NCBI GenBank assembly: GCA_017399265.1 | Contig: JAFQDL010000006.1 | Location: 4,666 to 68,665 of the forward strand | Reading direction: 5' to 3' | Source: Clostridia bacterium | Lineage (GTDB): Bacteria; Bacillota; Clostridia; Christensenellales; UBA1242 | DNA: 64,000 nucleotides | Part shown: in pieces, positions 58,214 through 64,000 of the stretch | How the letters are laid out: every line of letters starts with the position of its first letter | How positions within the stretch are numbered: position 1 is the first letter of the stretch | The notes under the pieces: generated by a model | The model's input: the letters and a program-made list of their open reading frames with translations, nothing else | Database searches by the model: none | Told to the model about the DNA's origin: nothing | Position numbers and translations under genes: made by a program

Positions 58214-59929
58214 ATGGAATTTGAATATGGTATATCATTAGAAGAAGCAGCAAAGAGAACGGAAGATGGATATCTTACACATATCAATCTGCTTAATCAA
58301 AACAGCCCTGAGTATAAAGAATTAACACAAGAAGAAAAGAAAGTAATATATCACTTGTGTCGTGCAGGGTATTGGATTGAGAAAATTAGTTATATGTTAG
58401 AAAATAAAGATAACTTAGCTTTTTATAATTATGTCAAGTCTAGGGCTTTACAAGGTGAAGAGTACTCTCAGAATATATTAAGGTTGTTTGTTGCACAGAA
58501 AGGTATGAATTCCTTAGACTCAAATGGTGACCAAATCCATTTAGCAAAAGGATATGAGGACAAACTAGGACTTAATTTCTACCAATTTAATATGTCTGTA
58601 GACAACTTTCATAAAAACCTTATAGACATGCTAGACAATGGTGAAATTGATGAGGTTAAGAAAATCTTATCTTGCAGGACTGTTGTCAAGTATGATGGAA
58701 AAAAATTATATGCAGTAGATTATGTAGACGAATACAAAGAAGATTTCCTGAAAGCGGCTAATGAATTGGACCTTGCTGCTAGTATATGTTCAGATACGTC
58801 TTTTAAAGAGTATTTACTTGCACAAAGTACTGCGTTTAAAGAAGCAGATACAAAACTAGACGCCAAAGCTGATATGCTATGGGCTAAATTAAAAGATAGT
58901 AGACTAGAATTTACTGTGACTAGAGAAAATTATGAAGATGATTTAACCACTACAGTATTTGACAATCCCGAACTTGTTGCAAGGCTTAATAAATATGCTA
59001 TAGAAGCAGTACCAAAAGATAGTCTGGGTACACGCATAGGGGTAGTGAATAAAGAAGGTACCAAGCTTCTAGACACATTAAGTACACTTAATGATATAGC
59101 TAGTAAATTAATGCCATACAATAACGAATATTCCAATGATGGCGAAATTGATAATATCAATCAAGTAGCAGTGGATATAGACTTGATAGCACTTACGGGT
59201 AATGAAGGTGCGTATAGAGCATCAATCGTCCTTGCTCAAAATCTTCCGAATAGTGATAAATTGGCAACAAAATTAGGTGGCGGGAGAAGGAATTGTTATC
59301 ATAGACAAATCAGAACTACTAAGTCTAGCAACCTAAATGAGATACTTATATCCAAAGAATACTTACAATATTTCAATCTAGATGCCATGCATTGGGCAAC
59401 AATAGAGCATGAGAATACTCACTCTCTTGGACCTAAAAATATTAAAGACTTGGGTGCATATGCTAGTATCTTAGAAGAATACAAAGCAGATATGGGTATA
59501 TATGCGTTCCTTAATGATTACAAAGAGGCCGGTATATTCACGGACCAACAAACAAAAGAGATTATAGTTACAGAACTATTTGGTAGTTTCGCAAAAGCCA
59601 AACCGCAGCTTAGTCAAGCGCATAGAGTTAGAAGCGTAATGATAGTAAATCGTATGTTTGAAGATGGCGGAATGGATTTTGTTAATAAACAATTGACATT
59701 TAATTTTGATAGAGTTATTGAGATTAGTAAAACTATGTTGGCAGAGGTTGTGAGATTGCAACTGGATCGTTCTGCGGCAAAAGCAAAGCAGTATGTAGAA
59801 AAGTATTTTGTATGGACAGATAGATTGGAGACAATAGCAAATATAATAAGGGAACATAGCAAGAAACTTAATGGCGAATTGGTTCGTCCAATATTTGATG
59901 AAGCTACTCACGATTTAACTATGGTGTAA
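58214..59929 (+). CDS. Zinc metallopeptidase-like protein, possibly DPP III (M49)-related
   Basis: HENTH (HExxH) is followed about 25 aa later by EEYKAD, resembling the M49 second motif EExxA(D/E). The product is 571 aa and soluble. Confidence 0.45.
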   Translation: MEFEYGISLEEAAKRTEDGYLTHINLLNQNSPEYKELTQEEKKVIYHLCRAGYWIEKISYMLENKDNLAFYNYVKSRALQGEEYSQNILRLFVAQKGMNSLDSNGDQIHLAKGYEDKLGLNFYQFNMSVDNFHKNLIDMLDNGEIDEVKKILSCRTVVKYDGKKLYAVDYVDEYKEDFLKAANELDLAASICSDTSFKEYLLAQSTAFKEADTKLDAKADMLWAKLKDSRLEFTVTRENYEDDLTTTVFDNPELVARLNKYAIEAVPKDSLGTRIGVVNKEGTKLLDTLSTLNDIASKLMPYNNEYSNDGEIDNINQVAVDIDLIALTGNEGAYRASIVLAQNLPNSDKLATKLGGGRRNCYHRQIRTTKSSNLNEILISKEYLQYFNLDAMHWATIEHENTHSLGPKNIKDLGAYASILEEYKADMGIYAFLNDYKEAGIFTDQQTKEIIVTELFGSFAKAKPQLSQAHRVRSVMIVNRMFEDGGMDFVNKQLTFNFDRVIEISKTMLAEVVRLQLDRSAAKAKQYVEKYFVWTDRLETIANIIREHSKKLNGELVRPIFDEATHDLTMV

Positions 59930-60080
59930 ATATTATTAAACAAGGCTGGAAAATTCTGGTCTTGTTTTTTTAGTACACATATAAATGCGCAAATATTTGA
60001 TTTTCAAGTTTTACTGACATTCATAAAGGAATAATTTATTACATATATATATTACAAAAATTATATTTAAGGATATGTGT

Positions 60081-60371
60081 ATGTTAAGTTATTTAGACGA
60101 ACTTGTAGATGTTGCAAAATTGCCGCTAGCAGAACTCAAATCTGCAACTACTATCTCTCTTGTAAATAGTCAGATACTCCTTGTAAATAATTATATAAAG
60201 ATACTTACATATTCTGATACTTACGTTGCTTTAAAGATTAAAAATAATGAACTAATAATAGAGGGTAGTAACATACAAATCAAAGAATTAAACAAACATG
60301 ATATATTGCTTCAAGGATATTTTAATAAGCTGTATTTTGCTAAAGAGGTAAAGCCTAATGAAGCAAAGTAA
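60081..60371 (+). CDS. yqfC: Sporulation protein YqfC
   Basis: The protein is about 96 aa and has the typical pattern (LP...I.LV....LLV.N...IL.Y.D..V......L.I.G..I.I). It lies immediately upstream of, and overlaps, yqfD. Confidence 0.65.
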   Translation: MLSYLDELVDVAKLPLAELKSATTISLVNSQILLVNNYIKILTYSDTYVALKIKNNELIIEGSNIQIKELNKHDILLQGYFNKLYFAKEVKPNEAK

Positions 60372-61482
60372 CAATTCCTATAGCAAGATATCTCTTACCG
60401 GCTTAAACCTAGAGAACTATATTAATGTACTAAAGAATAACAATATAGAGTTGTTTAATGTAGAGAGACCGCAGTATAATCAATTACGTTTTATTACTAA
60501 AAGTAGTAACCTAAAGTATATTAATGCGACGAAAGGTTCTTTAGAATTAAATGTAATAAAAAAGATAGGCTATAGTAATATCAAAGAATTTACCATAAAG
60601 AACTTGGGATATATCATAGGTGTAATAATATCAATAATAATGTTAGTTGTTACAAATGCATTTACATTTAATATTCATATATTAGGACTAGAGAATGTAT
60701 CAAAGGATACAATATTATCCTCTTTGCAAGATTATGGTATAAAGACGTTTAAAATAAATAAGTTCGATAAAGACGATCTTATATCATATATGCTAGATAA
60801 TAATAGTGATTTAAGTTTGGTTAGTTTAAAAAAAGTGGGTACGACTCTTATATTCAATATTAAAGAAAAGTCTTCTAAACTCCCAGAGACTGTAACTCCA
60901 TATATGGCACCAGACAATATGCTTATAAATGATTACTCTATACATTCAGGTATATCTAACATATATATAGACAAGGTAGTTAAAAAAGGAGAGGTGCTTA
61001 TTTATCCAGAGCAATACCTAGACAAAGAGGGTAATCTACAATTAATTGAGCCTAAAGGAACTATCAATGCTACAATATGGCATACAGCAACTGATACTAT
61101 TATGAAAGAAGATACTATATATGAGAGAACTGGTAATAAGGTAACTAGTTATTCGTATAGTATAGGCGACTGGAAGATATTGGGTGTAGATAGGACGCAT
61201 GAGTATGAATATGTAGAAGAGGTAGTATATAATAAGGATATAAGTAATACTCTAATACCTTTAAAGTATACGTCTACCATATATTACGAAACCACTCCTA
61301 TTGTAATTCAAAATGATTTTAATTCAATTAAAGATGAAATTATTGCAAATTTAGAAAGTGTCGTGTATAATAAGGTAGCAATAGATGAAAACATACAGGA
61401 TAAAGTAATAGATATAGTAGAACTAGACGATAGATATATAGTCAATGTATATCTGGAGTGTACTATCACTATTAATATATAG
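60358..61482 (+). CDS. yqfD: Sporulation protein YqfD (stage IV-like)
   Basis: The 374-aa product has a central TM helix (IIGVIISIIMLVV). It follows the yqfC-yqfD-ybeY-era gene order. Confidence 0.65.
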   Translation: MKQSNNSYSKISLTGLNLENYINVLKNNNIELFNVERPQYNQLRFITKSSNLKYINATKGSLELNVIKKIGYSNIKEFTIKNLGYIIGVIISIIMLVVTNAFTFNIHILGLENVSKDTILSSLQDYGIKTFKINKFDKDDLISYMLDNNSDLSLVSLKKVGTTLIFNIKEKSSKLPETVTPYMAPDNMLINDYSIHSGISNIYIDKVVKKGEVLIYPEQYLDKEGNLQLIEPKGTINATIWHTATDTIMKEDTIYERTGNKVTSYSYSIGDWKILGVDRTHEYEYVEEVVYNKDISNTLIPLKYTSTIYYETTPIVIQNDFNSIKDEIIANLESVVYNKVAIDENIQDKVIDIVELDDRYIVNVYLECTITINI

Positions 61483-61494
61483 GAGAAATTGTAA

Positions 61495-61965
61495 GTGAAG
61501 ATTAATTTTGATAAGGTCAATAAATATTCTGATTATATAGTAGATATATTTAATAAAGCAATAAAGATCCTTGATCCAGAATGTAAAGATTTGGAAGTAA
61601 ATGTAGCTTTTGTTACTAAGAAAGAAATAAGACAGATTAATAAAGAGTATAGAGATATAGATAGAGTGACAGATGTGTTATCATTTCCTTGTCTTGATGT
61701 AGATGGCGGAATAATGGATATGAAATCTCTTACTAAGGATAACTATGTTCTAGATATCAATCCAGAGACAGGCAATATACAACTGGGTGATATATATATA
61801 TGTATGCCAGTGCTTCTATCTCAAGCCAAAGAATATAATACGGGTATAGAGCGAGAAGTGAAATACTTGAGCTTACATTCTCTTTTGCATTTGTTTGGAT
61901 ATGACCATATAGAAGATGAAGATAGAATAAGAATGCGCGAAATGGAAAAAAAGATAATAGATTAG
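61495..61965 (+). CDS. ybeY: rRNA maturation RNase YbeY
   Basis: The zinc motif HSLLHLFGYDH is present. The length of 156 aa fits. The start codon is GTG. Confidence 0.9.
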   Translation: MKINFDKVNKYSDYIVDIFNKAIKILDPECKDLEVNVAFVTKKEIRQINKEYRDIDRVTDVLSFPCLDVDGGIMDMKSLTKDNYVLDINPETGNIQLGDIYICMPVLLSQAKEYNTGIEREVKYLSLHSLLHLFGYDHIEDEDRIRMREMEKKIID

Positions 61966-61974
61966 GAGTTACAA

Positions 61975-62850
61975 ATGAAAACAGGATTTGTTACAATACT
62001 TGGTAAACCAAATGTTGGCAAAAGCACACTTATTAATACTTTGGTTGGAGAAAAGGTGGCTATTGTTTCACCAAAGCCCCAAACTACGAGAAACAAGATA
62101 TTAGGAATACTTAATACAGATGGATATCAGATAGTGTTTGTTGATACCCCAGGAATACACTCCTCTAAAAATAAACTAGATGATTTTATGGAAAAAAGTA
62201 TCAGCGATGCAAAGAAATCTGTGGACTTGATAGTATTAGTTCTAGATGGTAGCAAAAGAATTAGACAAGAAGATGTGGAATTTGTCAAGAGATATGATAA
62301 CAAGAACACAAATGCAATTTTAGTAATTAGTAAAATAGACGAGTCTTCTTTTGATAAGCTTTATCCTCAGATTGCACCATTTAATGAGTTGCAGTATATA
62401 AAAGATATTATTCCTATTAGTTCTTTTAAGGGTAAGAATATTGATGTGTTATTAGAGAAGATAAAAGCATATATTCCAGAAGGGGAGCCTTTCTTTGATG
62501 AGGATATATATACAGACAAGTCAGTCAAATTTTTAGTAGCAGAGATTATTAGAGAAAAAGCACTTTGGTTGCTGCATGACGAAATACCTCATGGAATAGC
62601 TATAGAGATATTGGAGTTTGATGAGAAGTCTAAGCTTTGTACGATCAGTGCAGACATAATATGTGAAAAGAAGAGTCACAAGCAGATTATTATTGGCAAG
62701 AACGGACAGATGTTAAAGAATATTGGCATGAAAGCAAGGCTAGAGATAGAGGACTTGCTGGATAAGAAAGTAATGCTTAATCTTTTTGTTAAGGTGCGAG
62801 AAGACTGGAGAGAGGATAATAATTTTGTAAAAGATATAATTAGCGATTAG
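61975..62850 (+). CDS. era: GTPase Era
   Basis: The GTPase motifs G1 GKPNVGKST, G3 DTPG, and G4 SKID (an NKxD variant) are present. A C-terminal KH domain is present (IIIGKNGQMLK). Confidence 0.95.
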   Translation: MKTGFVTILGKPNVGKSTLINTLVGEKVAIVSPKPQTTRNKILGILNTDGYQIVFVDTPGIHSSKNKLDDFMEKSISDAKKSVDLIVLVLDGSKRIRQEDVEFVKRYDNKNTNAILVISKIDESSFDKLYPQIAPFNELQYIKDIIPISSFKGKNIDVLLEKIKAYIPEGEPFFDEDIYTDKSVKFLVAEIIREKALWLLHDEIPHGIAIEILEFDEKSKLCTISADIICEKKSHKQIIIGKNGQMLKNIGMKARLEIEDLLDKKVMLNLFVKVREDWREDNNFVKDIISD

Positions 62851-62853
62851 GCG

Positions 62854-62888
62854 AAAAGGCGAGGCGTGTAAGCCTCCCTTTTTTTTCT
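62854..62888 (+). terminator. Rho-independent terminator after era
   Basis: The stem aaaaggcgaggc/gcctccctttt (one bulge) is followed by a T8 run. Confidence 0.7.
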
Positions 62889-63058
62889 CGCATGCTCGAG
62901 AAAAAAATTTCCCCAGCGAGATCCTCTTCGCTGTGGGTGACTTTTCGCCCGCTTATTCTAACTATATTTGTTGTATTTTGTCTTATTTTGCATAATTGAA
63001 TAAAATCTGACCTTTTGCTAAGACTATTTATAATCTTTATATTCAAGGAGATAAGATT

Positions 63059-63832
63059 ATGAGTAGCAAGGTAGAGATAACCGGCATCAACACTTCTACA
63101 CTCCCCAAACTAAGCGGGGCGGAACAATTGGAACTAATGAAGAGGTTAAAAGCGGGAGACAAGCAAGCAAGAGAAATGTTTGCTATTTGTAATATGAGAC
63201 TGGTGCTGTCTGTTGTACAGAGATTTAAAAGTAGAATTACTAATGCAGACGATGTATTCCAAGTAGGTTGCGTGGGACTAATGAAAGCAATTGACAACTT
63301 TGATGTCAATCTTAATGTAAAGTTCTCCACTTATGCAGTCCCTATGATATTGGGCGAGATTAGAAGACATCTGCGAGATAATAATAGTATACGTGTTAGT
63401 CGTAGTATTAGAGATACTGCCTACCAAGTATTAAAGGCTAGAGAGGAGTTGTCCAAAACTATGGTGGCTGAGCCGTCTAGCGAAGATATAGCCACTCACT
63501 TGGATATACCGCTAAAAGATGTTGCTGTAGCAATGGAAGCAATTAGTGATCCTATTTCATTGGGCGAGAGTGTATATAGTGATGGTGATGATACTATATA
63601 CCTAATTGACCAACTCAGTGATGAAAGTTCAAGCGAGGAGAAATGGTTAGAAAAGATTAATCTCAAAGATTCTTTATCCAAGCTAGATGCACGACAAAGA
63701 GAGATACTACTTCTTAGATATTATCATGGGCGTACACAAATAGAGGTGAGCAACGACATAGGCATATCCCAAGCCCAAGTATCTAGGTTAGAAAAAACCG
63801 CTATAGATACTATTAAGAAAAATTTTTGCTAA
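63059..63832 (+). CDS. sigG: Sporulation sigma factor SigG
   Basis: The N-terminus KVEITGINTSTLPKLSGAEQLELMKRLKAGD parallels the B. subtilis SigG N-terminus. Also present are NMRLVLSVVQRF, DDVFQVGCVGLMKAIDNFD, FSTYAVPMILGEIRRHLRDNN, and ISQAQVSRLEK. Confidence 0.8.
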   Translation: MSSKVEITGINTSTLPKLSGAEQLELMKRLKAGDKQAREMFAICNMRLVLSVVQRFKSRITNADDVFQVGCVGLMKAIDNFDVNLNVKFSTYAVPMILGEIRRHLRDNNSIRVSRSIRDTAYQVLKAREELSKTMVAEPSSEDIATHLDIPLKDVAVAMEAISDPISLGESVYSDGDDTIYLIDQLSDESSSEEKWLEKINLKDSLSKLDARQREILLLRYYHGRTQIEVSNDIGISQAQVSRLEKTAIDTIKKNFC

Positions 63833-63984
63833 TAATATAAATATTGTATGTATAATATTGTCGAAAAGGCAAACACTACTATTAGAAATCAACAAGTTTC
63901 GTGATATCTTTAAATTTGCTTTAAGTATCTTTAAATTTCACATTTATATTATTAGTTGATTTCTAAATAATAGGAGGTGAAATT

Positions 63985-64000
63985 ATGGCTAGAACTAGTA
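63985..64000 (+). CDS. 5' end of an unidentified CDS running off the window
   Basis: A strong SD (aggaggtg) lies 5-6 nt upstream of ATG 63985. Only 5 codons (MARTS) are visible. Confidence 0.3.

Noticed and set aside
62840-63046. 68-aa minus-strand ORF spanning the era-sigG intergenic region.
   Set aside because: It runs through three hairpins including the era terminator, has no SD, and would converge head-on with both neighbours. The region is better explained as structured non-coding DNA.
1-64000. I scanned the window for CRISPR arrays, tRNA or rRNA genes, IS elements, transposases, integrases and prophage blocks.
   Set aside because: No regularly spaced direct repeats were found, and no cloverleaf-like GC-rich segments other than the SRP RNA. 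No DDE or tyrosine/serine recombinase-like ORFs were recognised.

Overview
AT-rich chromosomal segment from an endospore-forming, Clostridia-like Firmicute, inferred from its gene content: spoIVFB-like, spoIIAA-spoIIAB-sigF, yqfC-yqfD, sigG. About 80% of the window is ordinary, densely packed housekeeping. It includes recO, ppdK, PFOR/nifJ, truA, deoC, secDF, recJ, relA, rpsO-pnp, asnS, rpmB, scpAB, yloU/yloV-like genes, ttcA-like/tcdA, queH, tig-clpP-clpX, ybeY-era and a NitT/TauT-type ABC importer. One RNA gene is missed by the ORF track: a long Bacillus-type SRP RNA on the minus strand at about 34.6-34.9 kb. I saw no rRNA, tRNA, CRISPR array, transposase or integrase. Several lineage-specific loci that I cannot assign to known families interrupt the core genes. 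(1) A single-promoter, translationally coupled array of five small paralogous proteins lies between pnp and the SRP RNA (31.4-34.0 kb); this is my best candidate for an undescribed system. (2) A HEPN (Rx4H)-CBS fusion protein appears co-transcribed with asnS. (3) Two adjacent large paralogs (785 and 623 aa) carry an HExxH...E zincin motif and no signal peptide. (4) An orphan VirD4/TraG-type coupling ATPase sits with a divergent VirB2-like two-TM protein, next to a 460-bp non-coding region full of nested inverted repeats. (5) A tandem pair of about 190-aa paralogs each has its own near-consensus promoter. All functional proposals for these loci are inference from motifs read by eye; no database search was possible.
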